Source: Spirochaetes bacterium ADurb.Bin133
GTDB lineage: Bacteria; Spirochaetota; GWE2-31-10; MWDO01
Reading direction: 5' to 3'
NCBI GenBank assembly: GCA_002070605.1
Contig: MWDO01000004.1
Span: 8,184 to 72,183, forward strand
DNA length: 64,000 nucleotides
The position numbers were made by a program, and so were the translations under genes. Numbering within the stretch: the stretch's first letter is position 1; every line of letters begins with the position of its first letter. Under the pieces are notes generated by a model. It did no database searches and was not told the DNA's origin. It saw nothing but the letters and a program-made list of their open reading frames with translations. Below are positions 1-9,208 of this stretch, in pieces.

Positions 1-6
1 ATTTGT

Positions 7-2838
7 ATGAACTATGCCAACAGGGTAAAAGGGAATAGACGCGTCGGCGAGAAGGTTTTTATGCAAGGCGGGGTATGTTATAATAAAGCGGTGCCGGTCG
101 CAATGGCGGCTCTGACCGGCAAGGAGATAATCGTTCCGCCGGATCCGGGGCTTATGGGGGCTTTTGGAGTGGCGCTCGAAGCGAAAAAGCGTCTCGACAA
201 CAATCTTTTAGAGCCGGTCGAATTTGATCTCGACGCGCTTATTAATAGAGAGGTAACTTACGGTAAAAATTTCAAGTGCGCCGGCGGACAAGAGAAGTGC
301 GATATAGGCTGCGAAATTCTATCGATAATCATCGACGGCAAAACTTACGCATTTGGCGGCGCTTGCAATAAATATTACAATATTATCCATAAATTGAAAT
401 TTGACGAAGACAGATTAGATATAGTGTCGCGAAGGGAAAGACTGCTTTTCGGGAAATACGCTCCCGAATATCCCGTTTCAGAAAACAAGGTTATAGGTAT
501 AAACAGAAGTTTTTATACAAATACGTATTTTCCGCTATACTACAACTTTTTCAGCAAACTTGGTTTTAAAGTCATAGTATCGGAACATAGCGCAAAAGAG
601 GGGGAAGAGTCCCAACTATCTTCATTCTGTTATCCGATGCAGTTGGCTCACGGATTTTTCTGGGATCTCTTAGAAAAAAAGCCGGACTATATCTTTATGC
701 CGCACCTTGTTCAGATCGAGACGGACGGAGGATGCGACAATTGTTCTAAGCAAATCGGTTACCGTAAAGCGTGCGTATTCAATCAAGGCGAACCCTTTAC
801 GATGAAGGCGACCTTTAAGGATAAGATAGGTAATACCGAGATGCTTATACCGTTACTCGATTTTTCAAGAGGGATCGATAGGGAGAAGAAAGTTTTTATT
901 CGGCTTGCCGTCGACAAACTCGGGCGTAAAGCGTCGGACGCCGCCGCCGCTTTCGACGAAGCTCTAAAACTGCAAAGAGAGTTTTTTGCGGAAATGAAAA
1001 AAATCGGGGCGGATTTGCTTACCGAACTCGAGAAGAATCCCGATAAAATCGGAGTCGTTCTTTTTGGAAGGTCGTATAACGCTTTTACTGAAAAAGCGAA
1101 TCTCGGAATTCCCAGAAAATTTACGTCGCGCGGTATCGAGATATTTCCTTACGATATACTAAATTTTGAAGGGGAGACCTTCGAGCCGTTTATGCATTGG
1201 GGTATGGGGGAGACGATTCTCAAAGCCGTTCAGATAGTAAAAAGACACCCGCAATTGTTTGGAACTTTTATCACGAATTTCAGTTGCGGACCGGATTCTT
1301 TTATGGTCGAGCTTTTTAGAGAAGAGCTTGAAGGCAAGCCGTCGCTAACTTTGGAGCTTGACAGTCATAGCGCCGACGCCGGAGTCAATACCCGAATCGA
1401 AGCGTTCTTGGACGTCGTCAAATATTATAGAGAACTACAAAAAAACAATAAATTGGAAGAAAAAGAGAAGAGCGATTTCAAGCCGGCTTGGATAGAAGGG
1501 GAAGGGTTTAAAGCTAAGATTCATCTATCCGACGGAAAAACCGTTATATCCGCCAGATCCGATAAATACACCTTTATGTTTCCTTCTTTGTCGCGATACG
1601 TTATGGGACCTGCGAACGAATACCTCAATAAAATCGGGATCAAAGGGCGGCTCGTCCCGCCGACTACGATGGAGAGCATCAAACTTGGTCGTTCGCAGTC
1701 GTCGAGTAAAGAGTGTTTGCCGTTAGCTATAATGATGGGCAATATGATGACCTACATCCGGGATCATCACAAAAAGGGAGAGCCGTTGGTGCTTCTGCAC
1801 GCCACGGACACCTCCCCATGCCGATTGGAGCAGTATTACAACGGATTTAATAACTTTATCAAACGCAACAAGATAGAGAATTTTGCGGTTTTTAGACTCG
1901 ACGACCGAAAAGGTTACGCCGGATTTGGAACGGGACTTTTGTTGACGCTTTTTAAATCCTTTGTTCTCGGCGACGTTTTTGAGACTATAAAGAACGGCAT
2001 AATCGTTCTCGCCGAAGACAAAGAGTACGGCTTGAAAGTTATGGAGGAGGAGTTTGCCAAAATTACCGACAATTTCGGCGGGCGGGAAAAAATGTCTCTC
2101 AATAAACGCCTGAAACTATCGGCAAAACGAATCTCGGAGATCCCCAGAAAAATGGAGATAGACGACGCAAAATTCATAACTATAACGGGCGAAATATACG
2201 TCCGAAACGATCACTTTGCAAGAAGAAATATCGAGGGTTTTCTCGCCGAAAAGGGATTTATCGCCCATATTGTGCCGTTTATGGAAGTCCTGTTTTATAT
2301 CGATTATTGTCTTATGAACGATCTCACCGAAATAAACGTCAGTCCGTTTAAGAAGATCTACTTCTTCTTCAAGTCGTTTTTTCAACAAAAAATCGATAAA
2401 CAGATCAAAGATGTTTTTGCGAATTGCGGATTTTACAAACCGACTTATATAAATATTAAGGAGATAATAAATTCGTCGAGATTGATAGTAAGTCCCTATT
2501 TGAGAGGCGAAGTGCCGATAACGACCGGAGCGGCGTTGAAATATATCCTTAACGACGCGTGCGGAGTTATATCGATAGGACCTTTTGCGTGTCTTCCGTC
2601 TCGAATGGTAGAAAGTTTGTTAAAAACCAATATGAATCTTGTTCATAAGATCGCGCTTTCGCGTAAATATCCGCTTTACGAAGAGCTTGATAAAATGGGC
2701 GTTCGCAATCTGCCGTTTTTGCCGATAGAATCGGACGGCAACCCGTTTACGCAAGTTACGCAAGCGCAGATCGAAGTATTCTGTTTGCAAGCGGATAGAC
2801 TTCATAACAAGATGGTCGAAGCAAAGAAAAGGATATAA
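7..2838 (+). CDS. C-terminal ~940 aa of a giant activase-dehydratase fusion protein (BadF/BadG/BcrA/BcrD ATPase end followed by a 2-hydroxyglutaryl-CoA dehydratase D-component-like domain). The 5' end lies outside the window. Paralogue of 56668..60780.
   Basis: The ORF is open to the window edge. Its N-terminal visible stretch (GGVCYNKAVPVAMAALTGKEIIVPPDPGLMGAFGVALEA) is the characteristic end of an acetate/sugar-kinase-fold activase domain. The remainder aligns by eye with the C-terminal two-thirds of the 1370-aa protein at 56668..60780; the shared motifs include FCxP, GYxxxxxP and YDGxxxP. Confidence 0.75.
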   Translation: MNYANRVKGNRRVGEKVFMQGGVCYNKAVPVAMAALTGKEIIVPPDPGLMGAFGVALEAKKRLDNNLLEPVEFDLDALINREVTYGKNFKCAGGQEKCDIGCEILSIIIDGKTYAFGGACNKYYNIIHKLKFDEDRLDIVSRRERLLFGKYAPEYPVSENKVIGINRSFYTNTYFPLYYNFFSKLGFKVIVSEHSAKEGEESQLSSFCYPMQLAHGFFWDLLEKKPDYIFMPHLVQIETDGGCDNCSKQIGYRKACVFNQGEPFTMKATFKDKIGNTEMLIPLLDFSRGIDREKKVFIRLAVDKLGRKASDAAAAFDEALKLQREFFAEMKKIGADLLTELEKNPDKIGVVLFGRSYNAFTEKANLGIPRKFTSRGIEIFPYDILNFEGETFEPFMHWGMGETILKAVQIVKRHPQLFGTFITNFSCGPDSFMVELFREELEGKPSLTLELDSHSADAGVNTRIEAFLDVVKYYRELQKNNKLEEKEKSDFKPAWIEGEGFKAKIHLSDGKTVISARSDKYTFMFPSLSRYVMGPANEYLNKIGIKGRLVPPTTMESIKLGRSQSSSKECLPLAIMMGNMMTYIRDHHKKGEPLVLLHATDTSPCRLEQYYNGFNNFIKRNKIENFAVFRLDDRKGYAGFGTGLLLTLFKSFVLGDVFETIKNGIIVLAEDKEYGLKVMEEEFAKITDNFGGREKMSLNKRLKLSAKRISEIPRKMEIDDAKFITITGEIYVRNDHFARRNIEGFLAEKGFIAHIVPFMEVLFYIDYCLMNDLTEINVSPFKKIYFFFKSFFQQKIDKQIKDVFANCGFYKPTYINIKEIINSSRLIVSPYLRGEVPITTGAALKYILNDACGVISIGPFACLPSRMVESLLKTNMNLVHKIALSRKYPLYEELDKMGVRNLPFLPIESDGNPFTQVTQAQIEVFCLQADRLHNKMVEAKKRI

Positions 2839-2846
2839 ATTTGAGT

Positions 2847-2875
2847 CCTCAAAAAAGTCTTCAACTTTTTTGAGG
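2847..2875. terminator. Bidirectional intrinsic-terminator-like hairpin between convergent genes
   Basis: A perfect 12-bp inverted repeat, CCTCAAAAAAGT-cttca-ACTTTTTTGAGG, lies between the stop of the + gene (2838) and the stop of the - gene (2878). It is A/T-rich on both sides. Confidence 0.5.
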
Positions 2876-2877
2876 AA

Positions 2878-4758
2878 CTATTTGTATTTCTCTATAATAA
2901 CGTTTCGCTTCTTTTTCATCGTATTTGTAAGTTCGACGCCGACCTCAAAATCGTTTGGCAATAACGAAAAGTCTTTTATCAATTCGTGAAATAAAAATCC
3001 CCTCGAACTATTAACCTTGCTTTTTATCTCCTTTTTATAGAAATCGTTCACTTCGGCTTGTTTTAGTATTTCCGATAATATTCCCGGCGCTTTTTCATCA
3101 AATTTAAATACTTTTTTCAAATTATCTACGTTTGGAACTATCAGAGCGGATAGCCCCTCTTTGTCCTGTCCGCTTACCAGCGCGTATTTGATATATAGCG
3201 AATCTTCCAGCGCCATCTCTATCGGCTCCGGTTCGACGTTCTCGCCGTTAGCAAGCACAATTGTGTCTTTTGCTCGTCCGGTAAATACCAGATTGCCCGT
3301 CGCCGTTTCGCATACAAGATCGCCGGTATTAAAATACCCGTCTTTATCAAACGCTTTTTTAGTCGCTTCGTCGTTTTTATAGTATCCCATAAATATCTGG
3401 TCGCCTTTTACAAACAAAATTCCGGTCTCCCCAATTTTACATATTGTTCCGGTTTGCTCGTTTACGATTTTATAGGAAGTTCGAGGCGTAATTTTGCCGA
3501 TCGAATACTTGACGTCGTCGTCGCTTCGTATCGTTACTATAACGGCGGTCTCCGTAGAACCGTAGCCGTCTATTACGTCAAATCCGACTATTTCAAAAAA
3601 ATCGTCGCATTCGTTTTGAAGTTTTCCGCCGCCCGACGTAATCGTTCTGATATGTCCGCCGGTTTTAGCTCTGATTTTCGAATAAACTAAAGACGAGCCG
3701 AGTTTATGAAGAGGAAGATTTATCATCATTTTAAAAAAGGCGGAAATGTTTTCTGAAAATCCCGGTTTTTTAAACCTAATATCCTTTTTTCTGAGGACTC
3801 TTCGGGCTTTTATATAGCTTAAGCTTTTATTATAGAAAAAATGGAATATTTTACCTTTGCCGCTATCCTCTATCCCTTTGATAATCCCGTCCATACTTTT
3901 CTTCCAAACAAGCGGCGCTCCCGGTATAAGATGCGGCTTTTCTTTAATCATATCCTCTCGCATAGCGTAAATTGAAGATAAAATAAGCGTTACGCCGTGA
4001 ATAATCGCCATAAACTCAAAAAATCTCTCGCCGACGTGCCATATCGGAAGAATACTCATCCAGCGGTCGTCGTCGTAAGCGGTAACTCTCCCCGGGGTTT
4101 CGGTCGGCGAATAGGTTAGATTTTTATGCGAGAGCATTACTCCTTTTGGGGCGCCGGTTGTTCCGGACGTGTATATTATCGAACATAGATCGTCGGGTTT
4201 TACTTTTGAAAATCTTTCGATAAAAAAAGCGTCGTCGCCGTTCCTGATCTTCTTCCCGAGAGCGCAAACTTCGTCAAAAGTTATCTCGTTAGGTTTTAGC
4301 GTTATTCCGTCCGCGTTAAATATTATTCTTTTAAGGTTATTCCCGACGCCGTTTTTATTAAGTTTATCGTTTCCGTCTCTATTATGAACGGCGATAAAAT
4401 CTGCGTCGGCGTGATTTAAGATATATTTCAGTTCGCCGTCGGGGCAATTGAGCCCTCGAGGAACGTCCGTTCCTCCCAAGCCCATTGAGGCGATAACGGC
4501 TATCATCCACTCGACGCAATTGTCGGATATAATCGCCATTCGTTTGCCGTCGAGTTTCAAATCAATCAATCCTTGAGCAAAATCGCAGACCTTTTCGTAA
4601 AATTCGCCGTATTTTATAGAATTAAACTTACCCGACTTGTCTTTAAATCTGAAAATAATATGCTCGGGGTATTTTTTTACCGCTTCGTAAAAAAGCTGAA
4701 CGAGATTTTTATCCATTCTGTTAGAATACTCAAGTTTCATATAATCCTCCATGATCAA
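2878..4758 (-). CDS. Long-chain fatty-acid--CoA ligase (AMP-dependent synthetase/ligase family)
   Basis: Carries the AMP-binding signature IYTSGTTGAPKGV and the downstream GYGSTE and TGDL motifs. Length 626 aa. Confidence 0.85.
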   Translation of the reverse strand: MIMEDYMKLEYSNRMDKNLVQLFYEAVKKYPEHIIFRFKDKSGKFNSIKYGEFYEKVCDFAQGLIDLKLDGKRMAIISDNCVEWMIAVIASMGLGGTDVPRGLNCPDGELKYILNHADADFIAVHNRDGNDKLNKNGVGNNLKRIIFNADGITLKPNEITFDEVCALGKKIRNGDDAFFIERFSKVKPDDLCSIIYTSGTTGAPKGVMLSHKNLTYSPTETPGRVTAYDDDRWMSILPIWHVGERFFEFMAIIHGVTLILSSIYAMREDMIKEKPHLIPGAPLVWKKSMDGIIKGIEDSGKGKIFHFFYNKSLSYIKARRVLRKKDIRFKKPGFSENISAFFKMMINLPLHKLGSSLVYSKIRAKTGGHIRTITSGGGKLQNECDDFFEIVGFDVIDGYGSTETAVIVTIRSDDDVKYSIGKITPRTSYKIVNEQTGTICKIGETGILFVKGDQIFMGYYKNDEATKKAFDKDGYFNTGDLVCETATGNLVFTGRAKDTIVLANGENVEPEPIEMALEDSLYIKYALVSGQDKEGLSALIVPNVDNLKKVFKFDEKAPGILSEILKQAEVNDFYKKEIKSKVNSSRGFLFHELIKDFSLLPNDFEVGVELTNTMKKKRNVIIEKYK

Positions 4759-4828
4759 AATTATAACATAATTAAATAAGTTATGCTAATTGATTTTATT
4801 AACTTATATGTTATTATTTTATTTTTAA

Positions 4829-4970
4829 GCCCGTCGGTCTTTTGGGGTGGGGAAAATAAATTCGACACATATGCGTCGCTGTGTTTCATCTTATAGTTTG
4901 ACGCATATGTGTCAATTTGAAGGAACTGTCTCAAGAGTTCTCATTCCTCCCTAAAAAACCGGCGAGGGTA
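4829..4970. repeat. Copy of the MITE-like palindrome-bearing intergenic element
   Basis: Left end GCCCGTCGGTCTTTTGGGG, units TTCGACACATATGCGTCG and TTTGACGCATATGTGTCAA, right end CCCTAAAAAACCGGCGAGGG. Confidence 0.6.
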
Positions 4971-5051
4971 CATTTTTAAAATAAAAATTGTTGCAATAAT
5001 TTTTCATTTGTAATATATTAATTGTAACAATCTAAATTTTGGAGAAATAAT

Positions 5052-5825
5052 ATGATTTTAAAAGATAAAATAGCGCTTATAACGGGAATAACTAACGAGA
5101 ATTCAATCGCTTACCACATTGCGAAAGGATTTTCCAGAGAGGGGGCTAAATTAATATTGACATATCAAGGATCTCGGTTGAAAGAGACGCTTGATAAATT
5201 AAGCGAGAATCTTAATGCAGAGTTGACGATGGAGTGCGACGCGACTAACGACGATCATCTTCATCATTTATTTACTGAAATCGACAAGAAATTCGGCGGA
5301 TTGGATATATTTTTACATGGCATAGCTTTCGCAAATAAAAACGAACTCGCCGGCGGAATAACCAATTCTACTTCCGAGGGATTTAAATTGGCAATGGACG
5401 TATCATGCTTTACCTTAATTAAAATGTCCAAATATTGTATTCCTCTTATGGAAAAAAGAGGCGGCGGCTCGATTATGACGTTGACTTATATCGGTTCCGT
5501 TCGGGCTTTGCCGGCGTATAACGCTATGGGATGCGCAAAAGCCGCGCTGGAATCTTCTGTCAGATACCTTGCTTACGAAGTTGGCGAGAAAAATATACGA
5601 GTAAACGCCTTATCTCCGGCGCCGATGAGGACTGTGGCGGCTCGCTCGATACCGGGTTTTTTAGATATGTACAATAATTTTGTTAAAAATACGTTTATGA
5701 AAAGACACGTCGATGGAGAGGATATCGCCGGTTCGGCTATCTATCTCGGATCTGACTTAAGTAAAATGGTTACCGGAATGGTTATTTATATTGACGGCGG
5801 TTTTCACTGCTCGGCGCTTATGTGA
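5052..5825 (+). CDS. fabI: Enoyl-[acyl-carrier-protein] reductase (NADH), FabI
   Basis: N-terminus KIALITGITNENSIAYHIAK is typical of FabI. SDR fold. Active-site Y/K region AYNAMGCAKAALE. RBS GGAGAAATAAT precedes the ATG. Confidence 0.9.
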   Translation: MILKDKIALITGITNENSIAYHIAKGFSREGAKLILTYQGSRLKETLDKLSENLNAELTMECDATNDDHLHHLFTEIDKKFGGLDIFLHGIAFANKNELAGGITNSTSEGFKLAMDVSCFTLIKMSKYCIPLMEKRGGGSIMTLTYIGSVRALPAYNAMGCAKAALESSVRYLAYEVGEKNIRVNALSPAPMRTVAARSIPGFLDMYNNFVKNTFMKRHVDGEDIAGSAIYLGSDLSKMVTGMVIYIDGGFHCSALM

Positions 5826-5849
5826 TATATTGCGGAATATAAATTAATT

Positions 5850-6365
5850 TTAGGTAGAGTGGACGTATTTGGGATAATTTTCGATTACGAGGGCGTATAA
5901 TAGCCGTTTTTGAGCGGCGATACTCAACAGTTGTGTCATTTTACCCAAAAAGTCTTTTTCCACTTTATCAATCCTTAATTTCTTACCAACAAGCTCAAGA
6001 AATCCTTCCAACCCGTATTTCATAACGCCGTTATAAAAAAACAGTATGATATCGCGGACTATCGAAGCTATACAGAATTCGTTATACAAGGAATGCCATT
6101 TTTTTATTTTTAAATAGTCCGCTTCGCTAATTCTAAGGTATTTATCCAGCCTTTTATCGTCGGAGTTATCTATAACGGCGTATTCGGAGCGGCAATTTCC
6201 GATTATTCTTTTCATCTTTAGGACTTTTTTGTCAATAAGGCGAAACATAGTTTCAAACAGTTTGCTGAACGTATTAATTTTGAACTCTTTTAGTAGAAAA
6301 TCTATGACATTGGTATTCATAGATTCCGATACTATAAAATGGAACAAATGTTTTTTGTTTTTCAT
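5850..6365 (-). CDS. Hypothetical protein
   Basis: A 171-codon ORF with protein-like composition. No recognisable motif. Confidence 0.4.
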   Translation of the reverse strand: MKNKKHLFHFIVSESMNTNVIDFLLKEFKINTFSKLFETMFRLIDKKVLKMKRIIGNCRSEYAVIDNSDDKRLDKYLRISEADYLKIKKWHSLYNEFCIASIVRDIILFFYNGVMKYGLEGFLELVGKKLRIDKVEKDFLGKMTQLLSIAAQKRLLYALVIENYPKYVHST

Positions 6366-6445
6366 AAAATTTTCTCCTTTTTCTTTTATATATATAACAA
6401 TTAAAAGTAGAAAACGTTATACAAAAACTTGTATAAATTTTTAGA

Positions 6446-6527
6446 AAATAACAAATAATTTACTAATCAAAAATATTTTTCTCATATGTGTCAATTTTCT
6501 CTTCTACTACCAACAAACCGTTGGGGG
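6446..6527. repeat. Partial copy of the MITE-like element: internal conserved block plus one CATATGTGTCAA unit and a degenerate right end
   Basis: AATAATTTACTAATCAAAAATATTTTTCTCATATGTGTCAATTTT matches the conserved internal block seen at 12166, 16296 and 60881. It ends CAAACCGTTGGGGG. Confidence 0.5.
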
Positions 6528-6614
6528 TAAAAATATTAATTTAGTTTTTGATTGATTTTTTTTGAAGGTTATTGTAATTTACAGGATGTTAAAGTAGTAC
6601 ATGAGGTGGAAGTT

Positions 6615-6833
6615 TTGAGAAAAAATGTTGTCGTTATAAATAAAGAGAGATGCAAATCATGCTCGCTATGTATTCCCGAATGCAGCCGGGGAATAATTAA
6701 AATTAGTCCGGAAATAAACAAAATGGGCTACCATCCTATTTATATTGAAGATATGAGTAAATGTATAGGTTGTACGTTGTGCGCGATAATATGCCCCGAT
6801 TCGGTTATAGAAGTTTATAGGGAAGAGGATTGA
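6615..6833 (+). CDS. korD: 2-oxoacid:ferredoxin oxidoreductase delta (ferredoxin) subunit. Start uncertain: TTG at 6615 sits behind a GGAGGTGGA RBS, while the ORF track begins at 6552.
   Basis: Two CxxCxxCxxxCP motifs (CKSCSLCIPEC and CIGCTLCAIICP). It directly precedes the alpha, beta and gamma subunit genes. Confidence 0.7.
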   Translation: MRKNVVVINKERCKSCSLCIPECSRGIIKISPEINKMGYHPIYIEDMSKCIGCTLCAIICPDSVIEVYREED

Positions 6834-6834
6834 A

Positions 6835-7905
6835 ATGAAAGATAAAATATTGATGAAAGGTAACGAAGCGTTAGCTGAGGCGGCGATAAGAGGGGGATGC
6901 AGATACTATTTCGGTTACCCTATTACCCCTCAGAACGAGGTTCCGGCGTATATGTCGAAGCGGCTTCCCGAAGTCGGCGGGGTATTTATTCAGGCTGAGA
7001 GCGAAACGGCTTCAATTAATATGGTTTACGGGGCGTGCGCTTCCGGAGCCAGGGCTATGACGTCGTCGTCTTCCCCGGGTATATCATTAATGCAGGAGGG
7101 AATTTCGTATATCGCCGGTTCGGAAGTTCCCGCGGTTATTATAAACGTTATGAGGGGAGGTCCCGGTCTTGGAAATATATCCCCTTCGCAGGCGGATTAT
7201 TTGCAATCGGTAAAGGGGGGCGGTCACGGCGATTACAATGTAATAATATTTGCGCCGTCGACGGTTCAGGAGCTTGCGGATTATGCTTACGATTCGTTCG
7301 ACGTTGCGTTCAAATACAGGAATCCCGTTATGATTTTGGCGGACGGCGTATTGGGACAGATATCCGAAGGGGTAATTCTTCCGGAATTTAAAGAGATAAA
7401 AGACGCGCCGGAGTGGGCTTTGGGCAAAGGAAAGGAGAGAAATATTATCAGGTCGCTTTTTTTGAATCCTGAAGATAGATTGACAACGCACAATATACAT
7501 CTGCAAGAGAAGTACAGGCGGATTGAAAAAGAGATTCAATATTTTGAAGAGTACAAATGCGAAGACGCCGAATATCTGATCGTCGCTTATGGAACTACTT
7601 CCAGAATTTGCAAATCGGCGATTGATAATATGAGAAATAACGGAATTAAGATCGGACTTTTCAGACCCATCTCGTTATGGCCGTTTCCTTACGCAAAGCT
7701 TAAAGAAAACGCCGCGTCTAAAGAGACTCTGTTTGTCGTAGAGATGGCTTACAATCAGCTGGAGCAAGACGTTCGGATTGGCGTTGAGGGCGCCGCTCCC
7801 ATAGAAAGGCTAAACAAACTGGGCGGTTCGGTATTTAACGAAGAGGAGATAATTGATTTTATTTCAAATTCTATAACTTTAAAGGGAAATAAGTATGTCG
7901 GATAA
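6835..7905 (+). CDS. korA: 2-oxoacid (probably 2-oxoglutarate):ferredoxin oxidoreductase alpha subunit
   Basis: The N-terminus KGNEALAEAAIRGGCRYYFGYPITPQNEV is the typical KorA/PorA motif. Confidence 0.9.
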   Translation: MKDKILMKGNEALAEAAIRGGCRYYFGYPITPQNEVPAYMSKRLPEVGGVFIQAESETASINMVYGACASGARAMTSSSSPGISLMQEGISYIAGSEVPAVIINVMRGGPGLGNISPSQADYLQSVKGGGHGDYNVIIFAPSTVQELADYAYDSFDVAFKYRNPVMILADGVLGQISEGVILPEFKEIKDAPEWALGKGKERNIIRSLFLNPEDRLTTHNIHLQEKYRRIEKEIQYFEEYKCEDAEYLIVAYGTTSRICKSAIDNMRNNGIKIGLFRPISLWPFPYAKLKENAASKETLFVVEMAYNQLEQDVRIGVEGAAPIERLNKLGGSVFNEEEIIDFISNSITLKGNKYVG

Positions 7906-8647
7906 AAAATATTTATATAAAAAGACCGCCGTTTTGACAGACAAATCGTCTCATTATTGTCCGGGGTGTTCGCACGGCTTGGTTCATAAAATGCTTGCGG
8001 AGATTATTGAGGAGTTTGGTATTCAAAAAAAGACGATTTTTGTCGCTCCGGTAGGTTGCGCCGTGCTGTTGTACGATTATATAGATTGCGATACGTTGGA
8101 GGCGGCGCATGGCAGAGCTCCGGCGTCTGCGACGGGGATAAAAAGAAGCAATCCGGATAATGTCGTAATCGCTTATCAGGGGGACGGCGATCTTTTGGCT
8201 ATCGGAATGGCCGAAACCATACATGCCGCTAACAGAGGCGAGAATATTACGGTAATATTTATAAATAACGCTATATACGGGATGACCGGCGGGCAGATGG
8301 CTCCGACGACTCTGGTAGGGCAAAAAACTTTAACTACGCCTCTTGGGAGGAATCCGTCAAACGAAGGTTATCCTATAGGCGCTTGCGAATTGTTAAATAC
8401 TCTGACGGCTCCGTATTTTATAGAGAGATGTAAGGTAAACAGTTCGAAAACCGCCATATATACGAAGAAAGTTTTAAAAAAAGCCATAACAAATCAGATG
8501 AATAATAAAGGGTATTCGTTTGTGGAAATTTTGTCGAATTGCAATACTAATTGGGGCATGACTCCGTTAGACGCGAATAAATGGATAGACGAAAACGTTG
8601 AGAAGATATTTCCCGTTAAGAATTTCAGAGACGGCGACGCAAAATAA
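7895..8647 (+). CDS. korB: 2-oxoacid:ferredoxin oxidoreductase beta subunit (TPP-binding)
   Basis: CPGCSHG motif and a TPP-binding GDG region (YQGDGDLLAIG). Its start overlaps the korA stop. Confidence 0.9.
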   Translation: MSDKKYLYKKTAVLTDKSSHYCPGCSHGLVHKMLAEIIEEFGIQKKTIFVAPVGCAVLLYDYIDCDTLEAAHGRAPASATGIKRSNPDNVVIAYQGDGDLLAIGMAETIHAANRGENITVIFINNAIYGMTGGQMAPTTLVGQKTLTTPLGRNPSNEGYPIGACELLNTLTAPYFIERCKVNSSKTAIYTKKVLKKAITNQMNNKGYSFVEILSNCNTNWGMTPLDANKWIDENVEKIFPVKNFRDGDAK

Positions 8648-8664
8648 TAATTATCAGAGGAGCA

Positions 8665-9204
8665 TTGATGTTAAATAAAATAGTACTAGCCGGATTTGGC
8701 GGTCAAGGCATTATTGTTGCCGGCAAACTTTTGGCTATATCTGCGATGAATGAAAAAAAGGAGACGACGCATTATCCTTCGTATGGAGCGGAGATGAGAG
8801 GCGGGACTTGCTCTTGCTCCGTAGTAGTTGGAGACAATCTTATTGCGTCTCCTATCATAAAAAATCCAGATATTGCCTTGATATTTAATAAACCGTCTAA
8901 AGAAAAATACGAACCTCTTATGAGACATGGCGGAATCATGATTTTAAATAAATCTTTAATTGAAGATACAAATTTGAGAGGAGATATAAAAAAATATTTG
9001 ATCAAAGCGTCCGAAATTGCCGAACAACTTGGAAGCGTTAAATCGACAAATATGGTCATGCTTGGGGCTTTTGTCAAGGCTACTTCGATAATCAAACTTG
9101 ACGCTATTATTAATTCATTGACCATAGCTTTTCCAAACGCTAAAGAGAAGGCTATAGAGTTAAATATTAGAGCTCTTGAAGCGGGATATAATAATTTGGA
9201 GTGA
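8665..9204 (+). CDS. korC: 2-oxoacid:ferredoxin oxidoreductase gamma subunit
   Basis: AGFGGQGIIVAGKLLA is the gamma-subunit motif. Confidence 0.85.
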   Translation: MMLNKIVLAGFGGQGIIVAGKLLAISAMNEKKETTHYPSYGAEMRGGTCSCSVVVGDNLIASPIIKNPDIALIFNKPSKEKYEPLMRHGGIMILNKSLIEDTNLRGDIKKYLIKASEIAEQLGSVKSTNMVMLGAFVKATSIIKLDAIINSLTIAFPNAKEKAIELNIRALEAGYNNLE

Positions 9205-9208
9205 GAAA

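Noticed and set aside
7035-7539. Track ORFs 7035..7391(+), 7087..7539(-) and 7287..7493(-) inside korA
   Set aside because: They lie entirely within the well-supported korA reading frame. They have R/G-rich low-complexity translations typical of off-frame reads of a GC-richer gene.
9176-9208. Aconitase start at the in-frame TTG at 9176
   Set aside because: It would overlap korC by 29 nt. The ATG at 9209 follows the korC stop directly and gives the conserved MGKSVAQKIL N-terminus.
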